Of a stretch of DNA of 64,000 nucleotides, positions 10,745 to 23,404 are shown in pieces; the first letter of the stretch is position 1, and the number at the start of each line of letters is the position of its first letter. The position numbers and the translations under genes are program-made. The stretch lies in contig NC_043016.1 of NCBI RefSeq assembly GCF_006345805.1, positions 22,754,001 through 22,818,000 on the forward strand, read 5' to 3'. The notes under the pieces were generated by a model. It ran no database searches, was not told the DNA's origin, and saw only the letters and a program-made list of their open reading frames with translations. Source of the DNA: Octopus sinensis (lineage: Eukaryota).

Positions 10745-13075
10745 GCAACCCCTTAGCCAGAGAGGCAGTCTTGTGATAGGGGGAGACCAACTGCCTTACA
10801 CACTGTCCAAGGTGTTTTGTTTAACCCTTTAGCATTTAGACCGGCCATATCCGGCCAAAAGTATTCTGCCGGTTTTATGTTCAAACTGGCCAGATCTGCT
10901 CTCTCACACCAACCCTACAATATCATTTTAAAAATTAACAGCTACCTCATCAAAATATCATAGAAGATAATGCATGATTAGTTAAAAACAATGTGGATGA
11001 AAAAGGATTAATTTTGGCAGAATAATGCGAACACTAAAGGGTTAAAGAAGTGGGAAGCCCTGTTACAATGGAGTAAATGTAACAGCAGTAGGTATAACTG
11101 AAAGCTGCTAGCAAGAGCTCTGCACACAGGTGGCTTGTACCTGACGGTTGCTGTCAATGCTTAATCCTGAGTACCAGCAGGCTGAGGCAGTTGTGTGAAT
11201 GTAAGAGCAGCCCTTTTTAGGAGACAATGCTCCCCCACTTCCCTAGAAGTGGAAAGCCTCTAAAGAAATGTGTGGTAAAGAAAGCCTGCTCAGAAGAAAA
11301 CCTAACCAGTTCACTGTGGCAGCAAGACTTCACTTCAGCAGCAGAAATTGCAAGAAAGTGAAGATGACTATAGCTATGTGGGACATGTGTACTATGCTTG
11401 ATGGAGACTTCATACGTGAGAGGAGGACAGTTCTGATCACAAAAGAGACTAGGACTGAAAGGCAGAACCAGTTGCAAGAGGAGATTTACACCTGGGTTGA
11501 GAAGATAGAAGGAAGAGATTCAGGTGTGGCTTTTGCTGTTAACAACAAAGCTGCCAAAGGGCTACCTTTCGTCTCCTTGGTCATCTCAGAGAGGATGATG
11601 ACCCTACAAAATATCGATCATGAATAACGACATCTGACCGTCATCAATGTGTACTGGGTGAATCACTTCAAGTAGACTGAATCAGCCTGAACTATTTGAT
11701 ACTTCAAACTATTCTGCCATTTGGTAAGCTACGGTGAAGCTACAAGAGCACCTATTAGTGAAGATGAAGTCAACCAGGTTCCAAAAAGACTAGAGAACAA
11801 TAAATCTCCAGGACTGGATCAGATCTCAGCTGAGCAACAGTAGAAAAGAGAAAATGTATTGTGTAATACCTGTTGGAAAAAAAACAGAGCAGTACCAGAT
11901 GATTGAACAAAAGTTGTCATAGTTAAACTGCCAAAGAAAGGTAATCTCAGTAATTGCAGGAACTAGTGGGCCTTCACCCTACTGTCAGTGCCAGGCAAAG
12001 TCTTATACTTAGTCATCTTAAAGGTTTTGAAAGAGGAATTGTATGAAAACTTCAGAGAAGAGCAATCAGGATTCAGGGCAGGAAAATCATGCACCAATTA
12101 AATTTCTATACTGTGAAAAATCATGGAGTAATGAATAGAAGTCCAGCAACAACAGGTCATCAGTTTTATCAATTTCAAAAATGCTTTCAACAGTATACAT
12201 AGAGAATCACTAAGGTACAACGCAAATCTAGCTAGGTCAGATATTTTTAAACACCAGTATAGGAATTGAACATATTCAAAGAAGATCTTTACTTTTATCA
12301 ATTTGATTTCTCTATAGTACCATTATCTGCCTCACTCAATGGAATATCACACAAAATGCCTTCCAGTGAAGACTTTGCATTTTAATTTGATGTATTGCCA
12401 ATGCATATGGTATCCCAGAAAACCTTGTCTCTTTAAGAGTGTATTCAATTCAAGCTGCTGCATGCAGCAACACAAAATTCAACATCACAGGAGTGATACA
12501 AGATTGTATACTGTTACCCCTGTTGTCTTTTTCAGGTCATTGACTGTCATGTGGATAACTGTGGACTGCAGGAAGACACCTAACAGTGCTGGGCTATGCC
12601 AATGACACTGCACTCTTGGCAGAGTCATACTTAGTGCCCCAATAAATGATGACCAGATTGGCTGAAGAAGTGGCAAATGAAGCACAACCTTTGAAAATGT
12701 AACAAACTTCGCCTAGCTGTGTAGCGTTATTGCTAAGAAGATGGGGGGGGGGCTGAAGCAGATGTTAAGTCCAGAATCTGGTATACAGCAGCAGTGTTCA
12801 GAAGATTGAACAAGATCTGGGCCAGTACTTTAAAATTTACATATAAGAACAGAATCACAAACTCTTGAGAGTCAACTGGCACAGCCTGCAAGAGACTGTG
12901 GCAGGAAGGCAAGTGAAACTTAAAGAACAAATACCCAAGATAGCTATGACTATCAAGATAGGAACAAAAGAAGAGAGGAAGACATGGTTCACTGGAGAAG
13001 GTGACTTTGCTCAAAACTAGGGTGACTGAGAGGCTAGCTGTATGGGAAGAATTAAGACTAAAAGTCCTAAGTTAA
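10745..13075 (+). mobile_element. RTE-clade LINE, decayed (5' UTR, endonuclease, RT), interrupted by a MITE
   Basis: MTIAMWDMCTMLD...ERRTVLITKE and SGVAFAVNNK...ISERMMTL (APE endonuclease-like). KSPGLDQI, LPKKGNLSNC, EEQSGFRAGKSC, FINFKNAFNSIHRESL and a YAND (YADD-like) motif, with many stops and frameshifts. Confidence 0.85.
10825..11041. mobile_element. piggyBac-like MITE nested in the RTE 5' UTR
   Basis: TTAA|ccctttag...ctaaaggg|TTAA; 217 bp with TTAA target duplications. Confidence 0.85.
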
Positions 13076-15640
13076 AAAGAAACTAATGCCTAGGAGAAAA
13101 TAAAATGCAAATTTTATTTGAATCAGCAAAATATGTGAAATGATGGAATTACTGAACCATCACTGAGACAAGAGTTTTACAGAAATCAGAATTTTATGGA
13201 ATGAGCTATTTTGTCTGGTTTGATTTACTTTAATGACTCAGTAACTGGTGAAGTACTAACCAATTTAGAAGAAAATGAAAAAAACTTAAATTGATTATTT
13301 AAGCCAGTTGGAAAGCATCTCCTACTTAAACTGCTGAGAACTTACAAATTTGATAAAGAGTATGAAGAAAAACTTAACTCCTGCAAGTGAATTTAATCAT
13401 TCAAATATTCAAAATTCTGGCATTTCCAAAACAATGAGTTGATAATTAAGTATTTAAGCACTTTATCTTGTACTATTAAATGTTCTTTAAAAAATCATGT
13501 TTACATGCCAAATATTCTACGTATAATAATCTTGTCATTAAAAAATTTAAGTATGACCATACCAAAACCATCCATCTTAAAAAAAAAAATTGGCTAAAAT
13601 TTTGACATTCTTTTACTTTTGTTTTTAACTAAAGCATAAAAAGTCATCAACCATTTATCACTTCACTAATTCTTGTAGTTTAACTGAATTTTTAATCGTC
13701 ATGCTGACTGCTTATTGATCAAGATGTAAAAATAGAAAATAAAAATTGTCACAATAAGTTTTAAAATATTTGTTTACAAGCTCATGGGATGTTGTGATGT
13801 TCATGCCTCTGGGTCACTAACTGAAATCCACTGGCATGTAACTGCTACTTCTGTTACATGCCCCCCCACCCCTGCAAGAGGAGACAAAAGGAGGGATGAT
13901 GTTACTAAATATTTTATTCTAAGAATACAAAAAATAGTAAGTAAAAATTGTATACAAATTTTGAATTAATCTTGTTATTTGGAATTAATTTTGTTACTAT
14001 GTCACACTTATTTTTTAAACAAGCGTTATTAAATATGATTGTAATCTTCCAGACTATTTAGCTTGTCTTTAGATATGAGACTTCATTATTATTTATACTT
14101 ATGCTATGCTTTGATTGGTTTGATCTCTAAATGACATCAGTGTTTTATTCTTGGATATGGTACAACACCAGAGTGAATTCAAACTAGGAACTTTTAACCT
14201 AACTTTTTCACTAACACATGTTCCTTTAACTTAAAAACCAAGATCTATGGTTCAAATACAATCTGGTACTATGTACATGCACATCCAAGAAAAAGACAAT
14301 GATAATTTAACATCAAATCAATTGACACGGACATAGTAAATAAGTTTCATGTCTAAAGATATGGGTTACTGATTTGAAATAGCTCTAACTCAGATTTTTA
14401 TATTAGATTTATATTTTAGATGTTTTATATTAGATTTTATAGAGCAATATTATTTAAGTAAGTTGGGCAATAAGATATTAAATATGTAGGGGTTTTAGCT
14501 CTGAGGTTAAACAAAAATTGTTTCAAGTGCGAGAGATAATTATATAAATTAATACTTTAGGACAAAACTGTAAAAGTTCAAATTAAAAAAAAAGGAAAAA
14601 AGAAATGAAAAAATCCAGAAGCAGGCATATAAAGCAGTATTCCACAAGCAGGAGCAACAGGGGAGAGAAACATACCAGTAGACTCTCTGTCATTTTCCTT
14701 ATCACTTTCTGATGTTTTCGGATGGTAATCATGAGAAAGGAAAAGATTTATAAAAATGGAACAAGCAATTAAAAACATCAAAATGGCATGCAGCATGCAG
14801 ACATTATCATAATTCTCATTCCAACCTGTTTTGAAATAACTGTTTTGATAATTTACTATTTCTATTTCCCACAAACTTTTTAATTTTTTTTTACTACATC
14901 TTATTTAATAATGTAATATGTAACAATATTTTCGTGCTTTTAATTTTCCATTAAATTTTGCTTCATTTTCCACCCACCTGCTGCAGAATAATGAATGTAA
15001 GAGTCAGCTTAATTACAATAGTCATAACATATGACAGTGATACTTTTTGAACAAGATGTAAAGTGAAAACTTTGTAGGGAAGGGAGCATAATTAACTGAA
15101 TCAGCCATGTATATTATTGATCTCTAACTCAAAGTGATGACAAAATGAAAAATCCACCTCTGCAGCAGGATTTAAACTTGAAACAATGTCAAAGATTTGA
15201 AACTACACTTTTTTTATGTATATACAACCATACTGATCTCTTAGAAGCCCCATTTATACAGGGGGCAGAGGTACATAGAACACAGATGCGATTAAATATT
15301 CAGCACTGTGGCATTTTACAATCCTATGTTCTTTCTTTCAAAGACAATTTATTATCAGTTTAATAATCATTTTTATTATCATTCTATTTCAAAAACATTT
15401 TAAATTTAATTAGTTTGTCTAACTTGTAGTAATAATTTCAAATGAAAAAAAGTTTCCTCTTTCCATAAATATCTTTCAGGCAAAAAAAAAAAAAAGTCGG
15501 GGAAAAAAGGGGGAAGATAAATGTAAAAATGCTTCCAAATCCTATTTATCTCTCTATAACAACCACACTATTTCCTGGGTAAACTTGTACACATTTGCAA
15601 ACACTGATAAACCTAAGTATACATACATACATTATATATA

Positions 15641-15686
15641 CCGTATTTGACAGCATATAGGACGCACTTTTTTCCAAAAAATTTGG

Positions 15687-15724
<38 letters not shown>

Positions 15725-16341
15725 GCCCTGCATCTAATATGTGAAGTCAAGACCCTCCCGTAGGCTAATCTTCTCCCAGACGCTCACTAACCTAGCTTAC
15801 GATAAGTATTTCTACCTACGCTAACGCCTTAATGATATTTTCCGTACTCATGCATCATTATTTTATTGCTAGTATTATTATTATTACCACTATTATTACT
15901 TTAAAATACGAATTATCGTAAAAATCAAAGCAATCTACCGTAAATTGTTAGGCTGCGATCCATGACACACGTTTACTAATATCAGCTGATCGGAACCCTA
16001 ACTCGATGCCATCTGACGGTGAGGAGTAAAACTACATGATCGTTGCGAGTTCGTGTATATACGGAGGTAGGTTGGATATCTTGGTACAACAAAGTTTATG
16101 ATCATAACAAAACACACTACAACAGTACAAGCACCTTCACGGCTATGGCAACACCCTCACGGCTATTGTAATTTGTATGCTTGCTTTTATACAGCAATGT
16201 TTTCTGCTTTTGTAATGTGCTGCTAGACTGCTTTCAACAATATATGCTTAAATACACTTAAAACTTTTTTTCCTGAATTTGACCTGCTGAAATGAGGGTG
16301 CGTCTAATATGCCAGTGCGTCTAATATGCCGTCAAATATGG
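15641..16341. mobile_element. pogo/Tigger-like non-autonomous DNA transposon (MITE)
   Basis: 27-bp TIRs ccgtatttgacagcatataggacgcac / gtgcgtctaatatgccgtcaaatatgg (23/27 complementary), TA on both sides, no ORF, 701 bp. Confidence 0.88.
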
Positions 16342-16868
16342 TAATTATATGTGTGCACACAAACACATGCATCCTCAAACATCTTTGAATGAGAGTAGAG
16401 ATGTTCTACAGAATATACAAGTGTACCCTTGTGGTTACATTCATATTCATTATATTTCCTGTTAACAGTGTTTTTGACATTCCTGAATGCTGAAGAGCAA
16501 TTTAACAATCACTACAAGTAAAGCTATCTGAAGCTTAAGCATATTTTATACAAATAAATTATAATCCTAACTAATTATAATTAAGTATACTTTCTACCAC
16601 TAGTAAATTAAAACCAACTCAAATTAGATTTTCTTCATTTTGGACTACCAAGTCGAAAAAATTCTAGTGTTACTCACATTAAGGAAAACTATAATACAGA
16701 TATAGTTGAATATTCTTATGGTTTGGCATTAGTTTTAGTTAAATGGTTTAGTTTGATACCAAGTCTTAAAAATTGAAGACCTAAAAATATGTGGTACTGT
16801 TTAAATGACAGTTGAGAGTGTGTGATTATGTAAGAAAGTCACTCACAGACATCCCGACAGACTCAGGG

Positions 16869-17237
16869 CATCTAAGGGAAGGTAACTCCATATGAATCCT
16901 ACTGTTGATAATTACTAGGCTCATGGCACTCGTTACAGAAGACTAATACAAGTTTGAAGAATGAGCAAGATTGGCTCTACACAAACCATGCCCACTATAA
17001 TAATAAACCCTTGTTGCCTAGAGTGTTCAACAAAAGGCTAAGGGAGGAAAGCCTTATAGAAAATCTGGAGTGAGGGAGCCTAAGGCAGATATGTATAGTT
17101 ATATTTAATATCTGATACCTCCTGCGGCTCTTTGGATGCTGCAAACATTGTGTTTCTTTTATGTTGTATCCATGAATGGAGAGATGGTATGTGTACTTGG
17201 GGCTAGACACTTGCTTCTGGAAACAGACGAAGTACAG
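16869..17237 (+). repeat. Dispersed ~370-bp repeat, copy 1 (copy 2 at 43647-44035); possibly a LINE 5' region
   Basis: Shared blocks include aatacaagtttgaagaatga, ctggagtgagggagcctaa.gcagatatgtatagttata and tttcttttatgttgtat.catga. Confidence 0.75.
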
Positions 17238-17698
17238 TATCTTTTATTACAGATCCTTAAATTAACCCAAGCCTTGTGAATAAAACTGGGTTATCAGAAA
17301 CTGTGGAAGCTTCTCAAATGTCCTATTGTACTTGTAATTCAAAAGACTGGCCTAGTCATACATTGTGTCAAGCCTGAGAACTACATGAACAGTACACATG
17401 TTTATAGAATAGTCAGCCATTTATATTGTAATTTAATGTGTATACAGTTCAACTAATCAAAGAACTGGAATATTCATCAAAAGTGATAGAGAACCATGAG
17501 AAATGCGATCCAACACAACTCCAGTCATAGATTTTCAACTTGATAACTTTAATCTGAATAATATCCCAGTGATAGAAATCTATTCAAGTCTCTGTTTTTT
17601 TTAAAAAATATTTTCAGCTATCTTAACTGTCTTTTATTCACTTAAAATAAGGTTCATAAATTTGAGCCAATGCATAAGAATTCCTGAAGTAATATTTA

Positions 17699-17774
<76 letters not shown>

Positions 17775-18479
17775 CTGCTGTCTTCCACTGGTAACCAGTC
17801 ATAACTATGAAGTACAACTAATATTGCGCTCCCCCACACCCCACTTTCTTTTTACAGCCAAGTAAATGGAGTAAAAATCAGTAACGTGTCATCAAGAAAG
17901 AGCAAATGTGAGACCTAAGTTTTAAATAACCTATTTATTTCAATAATAATTTCTTAAATAAAAAAAAAAATCATTTACAATTAAGCATCTATGTGTGTGT
18001 AAAACAATCCCAGTACAAAATAATGAAAAATCCTAATTCAATTCTAGCTACTAACATAATATATGTCCACTATTTTTTATGCTGTTTTTCATAAAATAGG
18101 CTAGCTTGTAACCTTATCTAAGTAGGCTGCCAGGTTTGAATGATGGTATGACCAATAATGACATCAGAATGTCTACAAACAATTCAACAGCAACACAACT
18201 TAACAGATACTGAAGCTGGTACATAGACAAATATCAATGTGCTGATTAAGAATGAATCAAGACATGCTACACTCACAATGGTAAGCATTCAAAATGAAAA
18301 GTCATATTTGATAGCTCTCATTCATATGCATGCACACACACACACACACACACCACACCACACCACACATACACATACACACAGGTGTGCAGGGTATTTT
18401 TTGAACAAAGGGAAATGTAACGAGATGTTCGGCAACAAGCACTGGATTTTAACTTTTACATTTCTCTTTTAGATATGTC

Positions 18480-19100
18480 AATCGATCAGTATAGCAGATC
18501 AGTATATGATCCAGAAAATGAAAAGCCATACTGTTCCGATAAGCCACCAATCTTCTTTTGTGTTCAGGTTTGCAAAAGAACTGGAACCCTCTGAATAGGA
18601 CATGTCCTCCATGGTCAAAAGAAAGAAGCATCTTCTGCAGTCAAACATCAGGCGGCTTTCCCATATAATCCAGGACATCAACTAAGCCTATCAGGTCAAC
18701 AAGGGCCATTGAGAAGCAGCTGCAAGTGGCAGTATCCACTATCAGATGTGTGCTGCACCAGAACAACAGATAAGTAAGGAGGAGCAAGCTATAACAATTT
18801 CTAGAGATGTCACACAAGAACTTCAGGTGATGAGAAAGGGCAAGTTCATGGCAGGCAAAATCCAAGAGAATTGTGTGATCATCTAACATTAACTATCATG
18901 TATCTCCTAGTTTTCCTTCTTGGTCTATTTCATCTATCACCACAGAAGACAGCCAACAAACCTCCACCACCCATACACACATTTCCTGGTGGCAAGGAAT
19001 AATTGTCAGTATAGAGAGATGCATGTGAAGAATCTTCAGATACTGTCATGCAATCATTTCCATAGCCACAACAGGGTCATCTTTTGGACAAAGGGTGGTT
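18480..19100 (-). mobile_element. Probable CR1/Jockey-like LINE remnant (endonuclease-RT linker)
   Basis: Short minus ORFs (THLIVDTATCSCFSMALVDLIG; SFDHG...FQFFC...MAFHFLDHILI) with higher GC than the flanks and weak resemblance to the CR1 linker. Confidence 0.4.
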
Positions 19101-19498
19101 TTATTAAGTAGCTTGTCTCAGTAATGTACTGAGATGAATGTATATGCTGTTTATTACTATAGAAAGGGTTGTTTCCTTATGGTGTCTAACTTCTGTTTTG
19201 TTTCCAGTTGCACTGTGTACCCTGTATTTGTTTGTGTGCATAAAAACACAAAAATGTACATATGTAATTACATATACATACAGCATTTAAATTTGATATG
19301 TATACATTTATGCATATCCCTAAGAAATTAGGGGAGTGCATAAATATGCAGATAAAAGCTATATATATATATATACAAATATAGAAATATATTTTGATAT
19401 ATGTATGCATGCAATTAGATTTGCATACATATAGTGTGTGTACATGCATATGGATTTGCATGCATAAACATGCACATGGATATGAATATGTAAAGCAT

Positions 19499-19533
<35 letters not shown>

Positions 19534-21952
19534 TTGATAGATGTATATACACGTAAATTAAGCTATATATGAATTCCAATCAAAACAGGAAAAAGAAATT
19601 CCAATAGCCTAAGACATAACTAAAAGCTTACAATACAAAAACTGAAGATTTGTTTTCCTAAGTGCACAAACTAGTATTGACAGACACTTAAACATACAAC
19701 AAAATTAACAGAGATATAGCAATTTATGCAAAGTGCTTTTGAGTTTATATATATAAATAAAATGAAAGGAAAGAACACATGAATGGCTTGCCTAACAGAA
19801 CAATGGTAATGCAAGCAGTGAGATTATAATAAAACAGTAAATGTGCGGTGAGTGGAGAGTCAAGGAATCCAAGAATATAGAATCTAAATATGTTCATTGA
19901 AAGTGATTGATGCTGTATTGCCAAAATGACTAAGAGTCATCTAAAAGTTTTGCTTTTTGAGAAGAAAGTGAAACAGAATGATATAATTTTCTTCTCTTCT
20001 CTTGGATATTTTTTGCTTTGTTTTTTTTTAATTAATTTCTTCTATAGAGTTACTGCCTTCATTTTCTATTTGCAAAAGGGCTCTCAGTATTTGTGCATTG
20101 TTTACTTTCTAGTGTTAAACTTTAATTTGTTGAATCAAGCAACAGTATTGCAGAACCAACAGATATACATTCGTTTTTTTTTTTTTTCTATTCATCTCCA
20201 GAGACATTGTAACCGAAAGTGTCGAAGATTTTATATACTGTAGTTCTATAGTTGCCTTGTAAGGTGATTTTTTTTTGTTTTTCTTCTTTTCTTTCTACAT
20301 TTAACATTGATAGCAGTACACAGTTAAGAAAAATGGCAACAAGAAATGTCAACATCGCCTTCAGTGCCTGAAAACTATAACACATAGTGGAAACAGGTGG
20401 TTTATAGGGAGGCAGCATGCAATGTTGAGAAGTATAAAGTTGGCAGCCACTGTATTTCTCTCCCTGACAAACAAAGCCAAAGATTTAAATAGAGACGATG
20501 GTCTTACAATTACTATGCATTAATAAGAGGTAGTATTTTATCAACCTCTGAGATGAGAGAAAAAGTTGACACTAGCAACTCATGAACTCGGTATGCAATT
20601 AAGTGAAAATGGGATTTTAGCCTAGCACCTTAATCATTGCCAACTCCTTACATTGGTAAAAGACAAATTCAATGAGGATAACATCAGTGAACCAAACCCA
20701 AGTTTAATTACTTTTACTTTACTGATTTCAAATAGAAATATTATGGCTAATTCCCCAGGAGATTTTATCTAGAAAATAGGGCTCAAACTAAATGCTGAAA
20801 AGCATTGTGACACAATTGTTGCAGAAATGTGGAATAGCCCAAAGTTTACCACACTGCATCAAAAAATTTCAAAATTAAAAATAATGTTCATGCATGCATT
20901 CACATGACTGCAATACGTTTTCATATGAGTAAATAACAATTATGTTCTTTTATTCTACATGTTTTAGTCATTGGACTGCAGTCATGCTGGGACACTGCCT
21001 CAAAGGATTTTCTCAGTTGATCACATCAATTCCAGTATGAAAATCTGGTACTTCTATCAGCCAAACCAGTGGAACAAACTTACACTAGTTGCCAAGCAGT
21101 GAGAAATCCAACACATGCACGCAGGCACGCGCACACACAAGTCAAAAGGCTTTCTTGTAGTTTCGGTCTACTGAATTCACTCATAAGGCATTTATAGACC
21201 TAGGGCTATCAAAGACACTTGCCCAAGATGCCATGCAGTGGAACATAATTTAATTTTTTATTTTATTTTCAATGCAGCATAGTAAACTTCAAGATATCCA
21301 ACTGAAATTAGTAACAAATGAGGAAATGAGATGATAATGTCAAAGATAGTAGAAAATGAACATTAATAAATGTTAAAGATCGTAGAAAATGAATATTTAA
21401 ATAACCACTTGATGTGATTTTAAACATAAATAAAAAAAAAATAAAATAAAAAACATTGAACAATGTTATTCCCATTGTGTTAAAATAATGAAAATCTGAT
21501 ATCATAAAGGAGTAAAATAATGAGTAAATAACTAAAAAAAAAAATCTCAACATGAGATACGCAAGAATTGTAAATTAGATTTAGAAACAAATGAAAAGAT
21601 AAAACCAGTTTTTTTTTTTTCAAGGAAATATACAGAATTTCTTTCACACTTTCCATGGAACCTTATGAAAATGAAAAAATAAATGAAAAAAATTGCCAGC
21701 GAAATTAAATAAAATTTTTTTTTTAGATTTCATTAATGAAATACATGAGAATTTATCTCCAAAACTGAACTAGTCAATTTGACAAACATATGGGGAGAAA
21801 AAAAAAATTTTAATTCACAAAGACAAATTATTAACAAATTAAGACAATACAAAACATGCACAATGTAACTTGAAAACTATAAACACATAACTCATCATTG
21901 ATTGAAACCAAATGAATATGTTATATATAGAATATGAAAAAATTATAAATAC

Positions 21953-21988
21953 CTGAGGAAGCATATTCTCCAGGATTGACTGCACTAC
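21953..21988 (-). CDS. JIP3: JIP3/JIP4 36-nt mini-exon
   Basis: (G)SAVNPGEYASS(V), resembling the recalled invertebrate Syd PGEYASS segment. ttttatacag| and TCAG|gtattt; symmetric phase 1-1. Confidence 0.85.
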
Positions 21989-22347
21989 CTGTATAAAATG
22001 GTAAGAATGTCGACTTTAAGAAAAAACAATCAAAAGACACTGACTGCAAATATAAAAATTAGAAGTTTGTTTATGACCACCACTACCCCCTATTGCAAGC
22101 TTACATCACTACTCAATATGGGTTGAAGTATACAGAGTCTATTGAATAAGTGTCTACTGGTTGATAGTAATTTATATCAAAGCTGTTTTTACTTGAAATT
22201 ACCAAAAGGTCATAATTATCCACTCAAGGAACTTTCATCACTAATTTACAGTCCTTGGACTAAGACTGTGCTTCAGCACAGTATTCACACTTTTTGCATA
22301 ACTTCCTTCTTGGGACACTTGTGAAAACCTGTTGAGGCAAGTGAAAA

Positions 22348-22850
22348 TCAAACCAAATCAAAATCGATGAACATCAATGGAATTTGTATTATTGTGGTAC
22401 CAGTGCCAGTGGCACATAAGAATATCATTCGAACGTGGCCGTAGCCAGTACCGCATCGACTGGCCCCCGTGCTGTGGGCACGTAACAAACACCATCCAAT
22501 CGTGGCCGTGCCAGCCTCGCCTGGCACCTGTGTCGGTGGCACATAAAAAAACACCATCCGAGCGTGGCTGTCCGCCAGCCTCGTCTGGCACCTGTGTCGG
22601 TGGCACATAAAAAAACACCATCCGAGCGTGGCCGTTCGCCAGCCTCGTCTGGCACCTGTGCCGGTGGCACATAAAAAGCACCCACTACACTCACGGAGTG
22701 GTTGGCGTTAGGAAGGGCATCCAGCTGTAGAAACACTGCCAGATCTGACTGGCCTGGTGCAGCCTTTGGGCTTCCCAGACCCAGTTGAACCGTCCAACCC
22801 ATGCTAGCATGGAAAGCGGACGTTAAACGATGATGATGATCATCATCAGT
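22348..22850 (+). mobile_element. GC-rich SINE/LINE-tail element with internal tandem module and (GAT)n tail
   Basis: Three tandem 58-64 nt units (22501-22684) followed by ggagtggttggcgttaggaagggcatccagc...ggacgttaaacgatgatgatgat. The same tail recurs at about 51238-51385. Confidence 0.8.
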
Positions 22851-23318
22851 TCCCAATTTATATTTTATTGATCACTATTCATTGAATGGTTAATTACTCA
22901 TTATAAAATTCACTATTCAAATATTATGACAGGTTTCCATATACCAATTTTCATTCACAAGGCACTGTGAAAAGCACTTGCCTAATGTGTTGCACAGTGA
23001 CAAAGAATCAAGAATGCTAAAATTTGTTAGCCATATTGCCAAAGTACTATCCCAAATTGGGAACTGCATGAGTGAGTCAGTGAAAGAAAATAACTGGCTC
23101 AAAACACAAAAATTCTTACATCAAACTTAACTGAATATATTATTCAAATATTGTCTTAAACTTAAGTTTTACCTTCCCCCCCCCCCGCCCTCATTCGTCC
23201 CTTCTCACCTTCAAAGTTTCTCAAGAATATTCATCAAAAGAATATATAAGTATAATAAATATATCAATCGGCTCCTTAGCATCAACAATAAGGTTAATTA
23301 ACAAAAACACCTACTTAC

Positions 23319-23404
23319 CAGTTATATCAGCACCAAAGTCAACATCACCTATGAGATCTGAATCTTGCATTGCAAACTCATTGTATATAGATTCATTATT
23401 TATT
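23319..23404 (-). CDS. JIP3: JIP3/JIP4 exon
   Basis: INNESIYNEFAMQDSDLIGDVDFGADIT(G), matching family motif ESLxxEL...IGDVDEGAD. ttgcag| and G|gtaagt; 86 nt, phase 2 to 1. Confidence 0.93.

Noticed and set aside
20188-20418. Extra JIP3 exon after the ttttcag acceptor at about 20376
   Set aside because: The phase-1 frame stops after GTEGDVDISCCHFS, there is no good donor, and the GDVD similarity is probably chance.
22501-22684. CRISPR-like array
   Set aside because: The units are directly tandem with no unique spacers, no cas genes are present, and the context is a eukaryotic SINE.
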